Source of the DNA: an uncultured Alphaproteobacteria bacterium
GTDB lineage: Bacteria > Pseudomonadota > Alphaproteobacteria > Rs-D84
Assembly: GCA_947053455.1 (NCBI GenBank)
Contig: CAMRSV010000001.1
Coordinates: 32,001-96,000, forward strand
Direction of reading: 5' to 3'
Length of the DNA stretch: 64,000 nucleotides
In this document: positions 29,576 to 40,552 of the stretch, piece after piece
How positions within the stretch are numbered: position 1 is the first letter of the stretch
Layout of the letters: every line of letters begins with the position of its first letter
The notes under the pieces: generated by a model
What the model saw: only the letters and a program-made list of their open reading frames with translations
Told to the model about the DNA's origin: nothing
The model's database searches: none
Position numbers and translations under genes: made by a program

Positions 29576-31823
29576 ACAATATATGTCGTTTATTGTTTGC
29601 ATCGGGCGGACTGACAATTCCTTCCTGCTCCATACGTTCCATAAATCCTGCGGCCTTGTTATACCCTACCTGCAGTCTGCGCTGTATATATGAAATCGTC
29701 GGTTTTTTATCACGCAACACACATTCCTTTGCCTGTGTATAAAGGTCTGCGTCCTTTTCCGCCTTGCCGGGAACCGCCGGCGGCATTCCAGGTATTGCGG
29801 CGTCATCTGCATCATCAACAATTCCCGCGACATATTCCGGTTCGCCCTGCGCTTTCAAGAAATCTGCAATCTGGTTTATTTCCGTGTTTTCTATAAATGC
29901 GCCATGAATACGCACAGGTACACGGCCGGCCTCGCTAAACAACATGTCACCACACGCCAACAGATTTTCGGCACCCTTTTCACCCAATGTGGTCATAGAA
30001 TCGATATTGCTTCGCGCCTGGAATGAGATGCGCGTCGGGAAATTCGCCTTGATAACGCCGGTAATTGTCGTCGCATCCGGACGCTGGGTCGCCATAACCA
30101 GATGAATTCCGGCCGCGCGCGCCTTCTGCGCCAAGCGCTGCACACAAAGTTCTACATCCTTGCGCGCAATTGTCATAAGGTCGGCAACCTCGTCTATGAT
30201 GATAACCAAATACGGCATATCAGACATGTCGATTTCTTGAGTTTCGAATTCCAATTCGCCGGTTTCCGGATCTGTTCCAACCGCCACCTGGCGTGTCAAG
30301 ACTTCACCCGCCGCCCTCTTTTTTGCAATCGCTTCGTTATATCCCTCAATATTCTGAACCCCCAGCATCTGCAGACGCTTATAGCGTTCCTCCATCTCGC
30401 GAACAGACCATTTAAGACCGTTTACCGCCTCGTTTGCATCCTTCATAACAGGCGTAATCAAATGCGGAATATCATCCCAAAGCGTAAAGTCAACCCCCTT
30501 TGGGTCAACAATCATAAGTTTGCATTTGTCCGGTGTAAAATGATACAAAATCGACATTATTATTGATTGAACAAACACCGACTTACCCGAGCCTGTACGC
30601 CCTGCAATCAGAACGTGCGGCATTTTGGCCAAATCAAAGTACATGGGATTGCCGCCTATATCCACCCCCAGCGCCAACGGAATCTTATATTTACTGTTAA
30701 CGAACAACTGATTATCGACAAGCGACTGCATGCGAACAGTCTGCCGGTTCAGGTTAACCATTTCGACACCAATAAGTTCGGTTCGCGGTATATGCGCAAT
30801 ACGGATATTTTCCGTTGCCATGGCACGCGTCATATCCTTGACTGTTTTACTAATGTCCACCATGCGTACCCCGCTTTCAGGCATAAATTCGTAAAGCGTT
30901 ACAATCGGCCCTGGTCGTATTCCAACCACGCGTCCACGAACACCGTATTCAGCAAAATGAACTTCCATTGCGGCGGCATTACGTTTTAATTCAGGTGTTA
31001 CAATATTCTTTCCAAAATTAGAACGCTCCAAAAAGCGCGGATCTGGTAACTCATAATCATGCCCCTCTTCATTTGCACGCCCGCGACGTGATGCGCGACG
31101 CGCAGTGCTGCGCGCTTGACGACGCATGGTACGTTTAGGTGCGACAACCTCATCAGCATCTTCGTCCTCGTCTTCATCTGCTTCTTGTGCATCATACTCT
31201 TCATCAGACTCTTCATAATCACCGGTATTTGCCGGGGAAACCAAGTGAAATACGGACAAAACCCACCGGCCAGACCGATAAATCATTTTTACCGCAGACA
31301 TTATATTGACCCATCTTATATTAAGCAGCATCGCCCCCAGCAATAAAAACACCGCAAGCGCAAGAAAGCCAACCACAATTCCCCATGCCCCCAGCAATCT
31401 TGATACGTCCGCCCCAGCAATTGCGCCGATAAGACCACCATATGTTCCCATGGGGGCAATTATGCCAAATCCGGCAGCCCCAGAAAATGTTGCGATAAAG
31501 CCGCGCAACAAATCATATTCAGGCGCCAAACCCAGCCCCCCTCCAATCATAAGAATAAGGCCAGTGCGCATGATACATAGCAGCACAAACAAACTTGGGA
31601 CAAAACCAATAAAATATCTTACGGCACCAACAATGTTTCCCATCAATGACTGCACCCCAAATGTACCGGCGGCTGCAAAACCATCAAGATACGGGTTATG
31701 AAAAAATAATGTTACAGTTGCCCAAATTCCCAGCGCCAGTATCACAACACCCAGCACCCTGGCAATTACACTTTTTAATGCCCCTGATACGCTGTCCGGT
31801 AAAAATTTCGATTTCCTTTCCAT
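29574..31823 (-). CDS. ftsK: DNA translocase FtsK
   Basis: N-terminal TMs; MPHVLIAGRTGSGKSV, IIDEVADLM, ATQRP, gamma domain IQRRLQVGYNKAA. Confidence 0.96.
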   Translation of the reverse strand: MERKSKFLPDSVSGALKSVIARVLGVVILALGIWATVTLFFHNPYLDGFAAAGTFGVQSLMGNIVGAVRYFIGFVPSLFVLLCIMRTGLILMIGGGLGLAPEYDLLRGFIATFSGAAGFGIIAPMGTYGGLIGAIAGADVSRLLGAWGIVVGFLALAVFLLLGAMLLNIRWVNIMSAVKMIYRSGRWVLSVFHLVSPANTGDYEESDEEYDAQEADEDEDEDADEVVAPKRTMRRQARSTARRASRRGRANEEGHDYELPDPRFLERSNFGKNIVTPELKRNAAAMEVHFAEYGVRGRVVGIRPGPIVTLYEFMPESGVRMVDISKTVKDMTRAMATENIRIAHIPRTELIGVEMVNLNRQTVRMQSLVDNQLFVNSKYKIPLALGVDIGGNPMYFDLAKMPHVLIAGRTGSGKSVFVQSIIMSILYHFTPDKCKLMIVDPKGVDFTLWDDIPHLITPVMKDANEAVNGLKWSVREMEERYKRLQMLGVQNIEGYNEAIAKKRAAGEVLTRQVAVGTDPETGELEFETQEIDMSDMPYLVIIIDEVADLMTIARKDVELCVQRLAQKARAAGIHLVMATQRPDATTITGVIKANFPTRISFQARSNIDSMTTLGEKGAENLLACGDMLFSEAGRVPVRIHGAFIENTEINQIADFLKAQGEPEYVAGIVDDADDAAIPGMPPAVPGKAEKDADLYTQAKECVLRDKKPTISYIQRRLQVGYNKAAGFMERMEQEGIVSPPDANNKRHIL

Positions 31824-31878
31824 CTTTTATCCCCCGATATCCCAGGTATGTCCCATAAATGCCACGATTCGACAAATT

Positions 31879-32562
31879 CTAAATACGGGAACATATTGCC
31901 GATTTCGCAAAGTCTGCAAACACCATTCCGACAAAGGCGCCCAGCAAAATATCCGTGGGCCAATGCGCGCCCGCACACACCCTTGACGCCCCAACAACAA
32001 TCGCCAGCGACCATGTAAGCCACTTATATTTTGGCGCCAACAATCCTATCATTACAAGCCCGGCAAAAGACACCGCCGTATGACCAGATGGCATTGAATT
32101 AAACGCCCATTCTGTCGATGGCGGATAGAATCCTGTCATATTTAAAGCCTCAAAAAATATCGGTCGCGCCCGGCCAATAAACGTTTTTAACAACTTTACC
32201 GCAACGCCGGTTCCAAAAACGGAGCAAAATATAAAAAACGCATAACTAGTCTTTGTTTTTTCTACAAAATCCAGAAAACGAGCCTTTATATTAAACCATT
32301 TTGTACGTTTTATAACCGAATCAGTTGTATTTACTGTTTTTTTTACATAAACTACAAAGGTTGCCACGCCGGCCAAAATAATCCAATTTTTCCAATCAAA
32401 AACAATATTTATTGCATTTGCCCACAACCCGTCAAAATTACGCAAGAACAAAAATAGCGGCTTGTCATACCAAAAAATACCGGTCAATACTAATACCAGT
32501 GTTACAACTGACGCTATCAGTAACCATTTCCACTTTATTTTATTTTCATTTGTTAAAAACAT
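31879..32562 (-). CDS. PAP2 family phosphatase (LpxE-like)
   Basis: K...GRARP, SMPSGH, SRV..GAHWPTD motifs. Confidence 0.88.
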   Translation of the reverse strand: MFLTNENKIKWKWLLIASVVTLVLVLTGIFWYDKPLFLFLRNFDGLWANAINIVFDWKNWIILAGVATFVVYVKKTVNTTDSVIKRTKWFNIKARFLDFVEKTKTSYAFFIFCSVFGTGVAVKLLKTFIGRARPIFFEALNMTGFYPPSTEWAFNSMPSGHTAVSFAGLVMIGLLAPKYKWLTWSLAIVVGASRVCAGAHWPTDILLGAFVGMVFADFAKSAICSRI

Positions 32563-32571
32563 TTCCCTGCC

Positions 32572-34080
32572 TCACTGCGCAATCAAATTGTTATAGACCT
32601 TTTTATCAGTCAATATTTTTGCAGCCACCGCAGCGGATAACGCATCTTCGTCCGTACCGCTGGATATAACTGGACATCCGCGCCGTATCGTGTCGGCCGG
32701 AATATCTGTCTGCTTATTAAAATCCTGGGCGTTAAAATCATTATTTATAACATTTAAAAAGAACGCATTCTGCTGCGACGCTGACCTGATATTCGACAGA
32801 CATACAATTGGAAACACACCGCGTCCATCAATTTCGCGCCCGGAACCCGTTTTTATGGATCGATTTAACAATTCCAATGCGGCACCTGAATCCAAATCAA
32901 TACGGGTTGCAATTCTTGCCGCGCCACGCGTAGGCGTACCAACCAGTACTCCGCGTGCATTTTCATAGAATGCGGCAACCACAGCTTCGGCTGTGCCGCG
33001 TGTTTGATCGGACATCAATACAACAACCGGTGCTTTTGTCACCGCATTGCCACCGGGCACAACCTCCACTTCTTCTAGGGCAGTCTGTGCAATACGCATA
33101 ACCGGCGTTTGCCCAATAAATAGCCCTGCTAGTTTCGCCGCCGCACGTTCATCATTACCACCACTGCTGCGCATATCCAAAATTATACCGGCCGCGTCGC
33201 CGTACTTGCCAAGAGCTTCGCTTACAATTGAAACTGAATTATCAGTTATATTATGAATAACAATTTCTAAAATATCACCTGAATTGTTGCCCGAACGGTG
33301 AACAACATCGGCATCTGCAACAACGACGGTTGCACGGCGCAAAACCACATCACGGTTACCAGATGGCGACAACAGTTTGATTTTTGCGGTTCCAGAATTA
33401 AATCCGTCAAACGCCGCCGCCAAATCTGCGTCATCCATATCAGATGTTGCGCGACCGTTTATCCCCACTATCAAATCACCCGCCGAAACACCGGCCGCAT
33501 CTGCGGGCGAACCTTTAAATACGCCATTTACACGGAAATTTCCACGCGAATCACGCGCACCCGTTAACCCAACCGTGGTCAGCATTCGATTATCTTCCAT
33601 AACTTGTGCCGCATGCGACGGTATATAGCGCCCATTTTCATCAATTCCACGGGTAAGTGTTTCAACAACTTTTTTATATAAATCTGTCGGGGTTGCACGA
33701 CGCAATGCGTCGTCGCGCGCGCGCAACTGTAAAACAAGTGCCGTTGTTATTTCGCCAAATCCGTTCCAGTCACGAGCCGCCGGTCGCGGAAAATTTGCCA
33801 CAATCGCATCGTCCCATACCAATACAACACGTTCATCCGTTGCCGCGATGTGCGCATGCGGATTTAATTTTTCCAGGCTTTCAACCGCAACATTTATGTT
33901 ACGCCCCCCCCAACGCACCCCATCCAATTTTTCATATATATCGGCAAATGTCTTGGATGCGTCAATTACATTGATACCATTTTGCACGGGTTCATCTTCG
34001 AAAAACAGACTGTCTGCCGATGCAGCCACGGGCACCGCCATGGCCAGAAACATCAGCAAAATAATTTTATTCAAATTCAT
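32572..34080 (-). CDS. S41/CtpA-like PDZ protein, probably protease-inactive
   Basis: Signal peptide; PDZ (GSPADAAGVSAGD); ILDMRSSGG; catalytic motifs changed (TRGTAE, TRGAA). Confidence 0.8.
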   Translation of the reverse strand: MNLNKIILLMFLAMAVPVAASADSLFFEDEPVQNGINVIDASKTFADIYEKLDGVRWGGRNINVAVESLEKLNPHAHIAATDERVVLVWDDAIVANFPRPAARDWNGFGEITTALVLQLRARDDALRRATPTDLYKKVVETLTRGIDENGRYIPSHAAQVMEDNRMLTTVGLTGARDSRGNFRVNGVFKGSPADAAGVSAGDLIVGINGRATSDMDDADLAAAFDGFNSGTAKIKLLSPSGNRDVVLRRATVVVADADVVHRSGNNSGDILEIVIHNITDNSVSIVSEALGKYGDAAGIILDMRSSGGNDERAAAKLAGLFIGQTPVMRIAQTALEEVEVVPGGNAVTKAPVVVLMSDQTRGTAEAVVAAFYENARGVLVGTPTRGAARIATRIDLDSGAALELLNRSIKTGSGREIDGRGVFPIVCLSNIRSASQQNAFFLNVINNDFNAQDFNKQTDIPADTIRRGCPVISSGTDEDALSAAVAAKILTDKKVYNNLIAQ

Positions 34081-34109
34081 CGTATCTGCTTCCTCCCCCG
34101 GGCTGAATC

Positions 34110-34973
34110 TCAATATTTTGTATCGCGCAGATTAAAGTGATACAAAACAACATTCGAGATATAAATACTGGTCAATGTTCCCATTATAATCGAGAATGTC
34201 ATTGCGATTGCAAAATCTTTCAACATTACACCGCCAAAGAAATACAGTCCCACCATTGCCAATATGGTTGAAATGCTGGTCATCAATGTTCTATGTAACA
34301 TTTCATTGACCGATAAATCAATTAAGTCATTCATCGGTATTTTATGGTATTTTTTGATATTCTCATCAATACGGTCATAATTTACAACCTTGTCGTTTAT
34401 GGAATACCCTATTCCCATTAAGATAACTGCAATTGAGGTTTGATTGAATTCTAGACCCACCACGGAAAAAAATCCGAACATCAAAATGAAATCCAGTACC
34501 AGCGACACAAAAGAGCCAACCGCGTACCCACCACGATAACGAATCCAGATATACACACTCATCAGAACGAATGAAACCAGTATCGCCAAAATTCCGCCAC
34601 GCACCAATTCACCACCGATTTTTGGACCGACAATCTGAACCTGGGAATACTGAACGTTGTCGCCCAGAATATTCTTTATTTCTGCGACACGAACATTCTG
34701 CTCTGCATCTGTCGCCCCCTTGGGCAGACCAACGCGCACCAGTATAGAATTATCGCCCACCGTCTGTAATTCGGGACTAAACGGCGCCAGTACTGCACGC
34801 ATTTTGTCGATTGTATATTCGGGCGTGGTTGGCGTTACCTCCATTGATATGCCGCCCGCAAAATCAATGCCATAGTTTAATCCACGTGTCGCCAACGACA
34901 CAATTGACAACGCAACCAGGATTCCGGAAATCCAATACGACAATTTGCGATATTTCATAAAATGCAGTTTCAT
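34110..34973 (-). CDS. secF: Protein translocase subunit SecF
   Basis: GLNYGIDFAGG, VGPKIG.EL, GYSINDKVVNYDRI. Confidence 0.95.
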   Translation of the reverse strand: MKLHFMKYRKLSYWISGILVALSIVSLATRGLNYGIDFAGGISMEVTPTTPEYTIDKMRAVLAPFSPELQTVGDNSILVRVGLPKGATDAEQNVRVAEIKNILGDNVQYSQVQIVGPKIGGELVRGGILAILVSFVLMSVYIWIRYRGGYAVGSFVSLVLDFILMFGFFSVVGLEFNQTSIAVILMGIGYSINDKVVNYDRIDENIKKYHKIPMNDLIDLSVNEMLHRTLMTSISTILAMVGLYFFGGVMLKDFAIAMTFSIIMGTLTSIYISNVVLYHFNLRDTKY

Positions 34974-34983
34974 GACATTTTCC

Positions 34984-36543
34984 TTATTTATTTCTTATAT
35001 ATCCAATTTTTTTGTTTTTACCATTCATGTACCAGTCAATCAAAACACGCGACAGCATCAAACACGTAAACAGCGTTGTTATAACACCAATCGACAGCGT
35101 CACTGCAAAACCGCGTATCGGACCTGCACCAAACTGGAACAAAATCAATGAACAAATCAAATTTGTCAGATTTCCGTCCATAACCGTCTTGATGGATCGA
35201 TTGAACCCAAGATCAACCGCGCGCAGCGGCGACACGCCCGCGCGCACCTCATCACGGATACGTTCAAACGGCAGAATATTTGCATCCACCGCCATCCCCA
35301 GCGTTAACACGATACCCGCAATTCCCGGCAGGGTAAGTGTCGCGCCCAGCAGCGCGGATATACCGATAATCATCCCCAAATTTACCAACAATACGATATC
35401 CGCAATCAAGCCGAACGTACGATACGCAAATATCATGAACAATATAACGAACAGCACACCCACCGCAGAACCAATTTTTCCGGTTGCGATTGTATCCGCC
35501 CCAAGCCCTGCGCCAACAGTGCGTTCCTCTATCACCTGAAGCGGCGCCGGCAATGCACCAGATCGCAGCAACACAGCCAAATCCTTTGCACTTTGCAATG
35601 TAAAGTTCCCAGAAATTTGTCCCTTGCCGCCGGGTATCGGTTCACGTATGACCGGGGCAGACAAAACCTTGCCGTCAAGGACAATGGCAAAGCGTTCGTT
35701 TACATGTTCGGTCGTAAGTCTGGTGAACTTGCGCCCACCGGCCGCATCAAACGCCATTGAAACAACCGGCATCTGATTATTGTCATACGCAGCCTGGGCA
35801 TCTTTTAGTGATTCACCAGAAACCTCAACACGGGAATAAACCGGTATAACAGATGCGCCCGAGTCCATATCCGGCAGGAACTCTGTCCCAGCAGGCGCAC
35901 GACCCGATGCCAACTGTTCGGCCGTAACGTTTTCATTAACCAGGTGGAATGTCATCTTGGCCGTCTGACCAATCAATTCCTTTATACGTTCAGGATTATC
36001 GACACCCGGCAATTGAACCAAAATGTATTTACCGCCCTGGCTCTGGATAGATGGTTCCTTGGTTCCCAACGCATCAATACGACGACGTACAATTTCAATA
36101 CTGCGACTTAACGCATCGCTGACCATTTCTTGTTTTTGTTTTTCAGAATAAGACAATCTTATTGCTTTTCCATCCGAAGTAATATCAACGCCGCCCCCCA
36201 GAACCGATTTCAAGCGCCCCTTGGCGGCGGAAACCTGCTCCTCATCACGAACAACGAACGACACGGCACCGTCCGCATTACGCAAGTTTGAAAAACGTAT
36301 CACCCCTTTGTCACGATCAATCAGGGTACTGCGCACCTCTTCATATAATTGTGCCGATTTCTCATGAAACATTGTATCGGTATCAACCTCTAACAACAGC
36401 TGCGCACCGCCTTTTAAGTCCAACCCTAATGGTATTGGACGTATCCAGGACGGAAAATACGGCGCAAGCCGCGTCGACATTGTCGGCACCGCCAGCAATA
36501 CGCCAAACACTGCAACAAAAATTATCGCAAGTTTCTTAAACAT
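34984..36543 (-). CDS. secD: Protein translocase subunit SecD
   Basis: LGLDLKGG, RRRIDALG, LRSGALPA, GMAVDANI..ERIR. Confidence 0.96.
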   Translation of the reverse strand: MFKKLAIIFVAVFGVLLAVPTMSTRLAPYFPSWIRPIPLGLDLKGGAQLLLEVDTDTMFHEKSAQLYEEVRSTLIDRDKGVIRFSNLRNADGAVSFVVRDEEQVSAAKGRLKSVLGGGVDITSDGKAIRLSYSEKQKQEMVSDALSRSIEIVRRRIDALGTKEPSIQSQGGKYILVQLPGVDNPERIKELIGQTAKMTFHLVNENVTAEQLASGRAPAGTEFLPDMDSGASVIPVYSRVEVSGESLKDAQAAYDNNQMPVVSMAFDAAGGRKFTRLTTEHVNERFAIVLDGKVLSAPVIREPIPGGKGQISGNFTLQSAKDLAVLLRSGALPAPLQVIEERTVGAGLGADTIATGKIGSAVGVLFVILFMIFAYRTFGLIADIVLLVNLGMIIGISALLGATLTLPGIAGIVLTLGMAVDANILPFERIRDEVRAGVSPLRAVDLGFNRSIKTVMDGNLTNLICSLILFQFGAGPIRGFAVTLSIGVITTLFTCLMLSRVLIDWYMNGKNKKIGYIRNK

Positions 36544-36554
36544 ACCAAACCCTT

Positions 36555-36869
36555 TTATTTTTCAACGCTTGCAACGGCGTTCTTGTTAACCTCAACAACG
36601 ACGCCTTTGGCGATTTCAACTTCGATTGTCTGTTCGTTTATTTTTTTTATCGTACCAAAAATGCCGGCGGCCATAACACGATTGCCGACCTGCATGGAAT
36701 CAAGCATTTTTTGATATTCGGCCATACGCCGCTTGTTCGGGCGAACCATGAATATATAAATTATCGCAAATACGACCACGCAATACATCGCCATGTAAAG
36801 CCAATCGCCCTGCTGGGCTGCATTGGCGGCAACAACCGCATTGTCGGCAACAACAGTTTCTACTGCCAT
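36555..36869 (-). CDS. yajC: Preprotein translocase subunit YajC
   Basis: TM plus RPNKRR...GNRVMAAGIFG; upstream of secDF. Confidence 0.92.
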   Translation of the reverse strand: MAVETVVADNAVVAANAAQQGDWLYMAMYCVVVFAIIYIFMVRPNKRRMAEYQKMLDSMQVGNRVMAAGIFGTIKKINEQTIEVEIAKGVVVEVNKNAVASVEK

Positions 36870-36944
36870 AACTTCTCCTTACCTTATTATAAATGCAGAA
36901 TAGTAAAAAAAGGTGGCGCTTGTAAAGGCAAAAAACGCGCAAAA

Positions 36945-38744
36945 CTACACGCGTTCAAACCATGCATCCATGTCCGAAATGGGTATTATTTTATAAACCG
37001 GGCGCCCATGATTGCACTGGCCTGCGCGTTCGGTTCGTTCAATATCCCGCAACAAAGCGTCCATCTGCTCTATGCTTAATTTCTGGCCGGCACGCACGGA
37101 ATGATGGCACGCATAATTAGCCATTTTTAAGTGCAGCCGTTCGCCCAGACCTGACGAATAACCGTTTGCACGCACCTCGTCCGCAATCGTGCGCAGTAAA
37201 TCCGCCCAATTCAAATCCCAATCGGCCGGCTTTTCAAATATGGCAACGGCATCTTCACCAAACGCGTCCAGACGCAGCCCCGCATTCGCCATTTCATTTG
37301 CAACTGTCAAAACTGCATTCACCTCTTCAGCGCGCAACGCGATGACAATCGGGGTCAGTAACGGCTGCGTCTTTATCGCATGGCGTCGTATCTTCTCGTA
37401 CGTGATGCGTTCATGGGCGGCATGCTGGTCAACCACGACAAGGCCGTCACCACGCGCCGCCAATATATATTTGTTGCCAACCTGGCCGACGACACGCCCC
37501 AATGGCAATTCTTCAAAAGAATTTTGCGGCACAGATTCCCGCTTTAAATCGGCACACGCGTCTGTCCGTTGAATTTCATCAGATGCATTTGCAGCGTTTC
37601 GGCGCGTCACCACCGGCGATGCGCCGAACATGTTGCTCACGCGGGTCTGGACAGTATCGCAAACGCGCGATGCCGCACCGCGCGCATTAAAATAATTCGG
37701 CGAAACGAAAGTCATTGGGGTTGCCACCGCTGATGCCGGCGCTGCGGCGGGCGATGAATATGACTCATCAACCATTGTCTGCGCCAGCGCATCACGCAGA
37801 CTTTTTATCATAAAAGACCGCACGTGTGCAGGTTCTAAAAAGTGCACCTCCGTCTTGGCGGGCGAAACATTCACGTCCACGTTCTGCGGCGCCAACGTCA
37901 AGTGCAACGCGCAAAGCGGAAATTCACGCGCATGCATAACATCCATGTATGCAGCACGCAGCGCACCGACCAGCACCTTGTCCTTGACGGGTCGGCCATT
38001 AACAAACAAATACTGGTCTATAGATGACGCACGACGCAGCGTTGGCTCCGACACAAATCCGGTCAGACGCATTTTTGCAGTTGATATGCTCTCGCTGTCT
38101 ATTTCCAGCATACGACCCGCCACGTCATCCCCCATAACAGCCACAATTCGGTCACGCATATCCTGATTTTTTGGGAACCGCCATTTGTTGTTCAACGTAA
38201 ATCCGACATCGGGTCGCGCCATCGCCAGACATTTTACAACCTCCAACACAGACATCATTTCAGCCCGGTCGCCCCGCAAAAATTTCAACCGGGCGGGCGT
38301 TTTTGAAAACAGGTTTTGAACGCGCACACGGGTGCCACTTTCCCAGTCGGATGGCCGCACATCGCCGGTATTGGCATCAAGGCACCACCCGTTATCCTCA
38401 CCATGCCGACATGTATCTATTGTCATATCGGCAACACTGGCGATTGACGGCAGCGCCTCGCCACGAAAACCCATAAAATTTATATTCAGCAAATCATCGT
38501 CCGGCAATTTTGACGTTGCGTGCCTGGTGACGCTTTTCTCCAAATCGTCACGTGACATTCCCGACCCATTGTCGATAATTGAAATCATTGTACGACCGCC
38601 GTCCACCACATCAACAACAATCTGATCTGCACCCGCGTCCAGGGCATTTTCAATCAATTCTTTTACAACGCTGGCTGGACGTTCAACCACCTCGCCGGCG
38701 GCAATTTGATTGATAAGATAATCCGGTAAAATACGTACGGTCAT
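36945..38744 (-). CDS. mutL: DNA mismatch repair endonuclease MutL
   Basis: NQIAAGEVVERP, GFRGEAL, DQHAAHERI, CNHGRP. Confidence 0.97.
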   Translation of the reverse strand: MTVRILPDYLINQIAAGEVVERPASVVKELIENALDAGADQIVVDVVDGGRTMISIIDNGSGMSRDDLEKSVTRHATSKLPDDDLLNINFMGFRGEALPSIASVADMTIDTCRHGEDNGWCLDANTGDVRPSDWESGTRVRVQNLFSKTPARLKFLRGDRAEMMSVLEVVKCLAMARPDVGFTLNNKWRFPKNQDMRDRIVAVMGDDVAGRMLEIDSESISTAKMRLTGFVSEPTLRRASSIDQYLFVNGRPVKDKVLVGALRAAYMDVMHAREFPLCALHLTLAPQNVDVNVSPAKTEVHFLEPAHVRSFMIKSLRDALAQTMVDESYSSPAAAPASAVATPMTFVSPNYFNARGAASRVCDTVQTRVSNMFGASPVVTRRNAANASDEIQRTDACADLKRESVPQNSFEELPLGRVVGQVGNKYILAARGDGLVVVDQHAAHERITYEKIRRHAIKTQPLLTPIVIALRAEEVNAVLTVANEMANAGLRLDAFGEDAVAIFEKPADWDLNWADLLRTIADEVRANGYSSGLGERLHLKMANYACHHSVRAGQKLSIEQMDALLRDIERTERAGQCNHGRPVYKIIPISDMDAWFERV

Positions 38745-38760
38745 GAGCTATTAAATTCCA

Positions 38761-39231
38761 CTATTGTCTGAACGTTACATTCAGAATTTCATATTCTTTC
38801 TCGCCACCGGGCAATTTAACAATGCATGTGTCGCCGACGCACTTTCCAATCATTGCACGCCCAACCGGCGATGTACATGAAATAACGGTACGACCATCGG
38901 ATTCTATATCAGACAAAATCCGGCATTGCATTTGGTTGCCATCCTCGTCTTCGGCTGTAACAATGGCGCCAAACACGACCCGGTCGCCGGACAAAGATTC
39001 CACATCTATCACGGCGGCGTTTTCTATAACACCTTCGATAAATCCGATACGTTTGTCAATCTGGCGCTGTTTTTCCTTGGCGGCGCTATAATCGGCATTT
39101 TCAGACAAATCGCCCAATGAACGCGCCCACTGCACTGTTTTTAATATTTCTGGGCGCTGAACTTCCTTCAAATCACGTAATTCCTTGACAAGGGCGTCAA
39201 ACCCGGCACGTGAAATCGGCTTCTTTTCCAT
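38761..39231 (-). CDS. greA: Transcription elongation factor GreA
   Basis: ARSLGDLSENADY, SPVGRAMIGK. Confidence 0.92.
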   Translation of the reverse strand: MEKKPISRAGFDALVKELRDLKEVQRPEILKTVQWARSLGDLSENADYSAAKEKQRQIDKRIGFIEGVIENAAVIDVESLSGDRVVFGAIVTAEDEDGNQMQCRILSDIESDGRTVISCTSPVGRAMIGKCVGDTCIVKLPGGEKEYEILNVTFRQ

Positions 39232-39343
39232 TTTTATCAACCTTGTTTTTTATCAAAATTATATCCATTCATTTTAATTTTGCAATTGCCAAATTAACAG
39301 GCTATACTTTTCCTGATACACATATAATATATTGTAAGGCATC

Positions 39344-40405
39344 ATGTTCAAATTTAATATTTTAAATAGATTTCTAATGCGCCGTTTTTTTGGCGGTGTG
39401 GGGCTTGTCATGCTGGTTGTGTGTGGAATTATTGTCGCGGTCACATTTGTAGAACGACTGCCGTCAAATCCAACAATTGGTGCAGCGCTTATGGAATCAT
39501 GGATACGCCTTTTGGAATATATGCCGTTATTTTTGCCGATGGCGGTGTTTATGGGAACCTTGCTGGCCTCGTACAATCTGACCAAATCAACTGAAAAGAT
39601 AATAATTGCCAGTGCGGGTTTATCGCCATACCAATCAGCGCGGCCATTTTTACTGGGGGCGGCGTTAATCGGATTTTTTGCGACAATGGTGGTAAACCCC
39701 TACTCTGTTAATTTAAGCGAAAAAAATATAACCTCGCATAATTTGAAACTTATCGACGACGCCGTCTGGCTGCGCGAGGCGGGGGAAAACGGATTCATAA
39801 CCATGCGGGCGGGAAAAATGCTGGCCGCATCAAAGGATGAAATGACGTTTGCAAACGCAACTGTATATATCCAGAATTCACAGTTTCGCCCCGTCCAGCA
39901 GGTTCAGGCGAATAAAATAACCCTGACAGATGACGGATTAAATGCAGCGCGTGCACGTGTATGGGACGCAAACGGCGCCTTGAAAACAGAAAAGTGGTCT
40001 ATTAAAACCCGCCTGACGCCACGCACGGTTTTGGACAGATATCTTCAGCCGGATCAGATTTCATTTTGGGATTTGCCTGCGTTTATAAAAAAGATGAGTG
40101 CAATCGGAATTCCTATGCGCGGCCATTTAGTTCAGTTTTGGACACTGCTGTTTTTGCCATTGACCATGATTGCGATGGCGACATTGGGGGTTGCGTTTTC
40201 ACAAACACGCCAACGCAGAAATTACAGTTTCGGCGTAAAATTTAGTTCCGGTGTCATAACTTGCTTTGCGCTGTATTTTCTAACAAATTTGTTTAACGCG
40301 CTGGGGGCGACGGGCGCGCTGCCGCCAATGCTGTCAGTTGTTGCACCGCCACTGATTATAATCGCGGCGGCAGGAATGTTCATAGCCAGTTTTGACTCTA
40401 TATAA
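39344..40405 (+). CDS. lptG: LPS export permease LptF/LptG family
   Basis: 3+3 TM architecture; E..IIASAGLS motif; periplasmic beta domain. Confidence 0.8.
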   Translation: MFKFNILNRFLMRRFFGGVGLVMLVVCGIIVAVTFVERLPSNPTIGAALMESWIRLLEYMPLFLPMAVFMGTLLASYNLTKSTEKIIIASAGLSPYQSARPFLLGAALIGFFATMVVNPYSVNLSEKNITSHNLKLIDDAVWLREAGENGFITMRAGKMLAASKDEMTFANATVYIQNSQFRPVQQVQANKITLTDDGLNAARARVWDANGALKTEKWSIKTRLTPRTVLDRYLQPDQISFWDLPAFIKKMSAIGIPMRGHLVQFWTLLFLPLTMIAMATLGVAFSQTRQRRNYSFGVKFSSGVITCFALYFLTNLFNALGATGALPPMLSVVAPPLIIIAAAGMFIASFDSI

Positions 40406-40552
40406 AAACCAAAGGAAAACCAACATGCCGTTGCGTAAAAAGAACACTTTACGGAATAACATAATAATATGGACACTGATTGCAGTGCTGGTTCTGCTGA
40501 TGATAATATCATTCGCCCCACATGCGCAAATGACCGAAATTGTACTGTTTCC

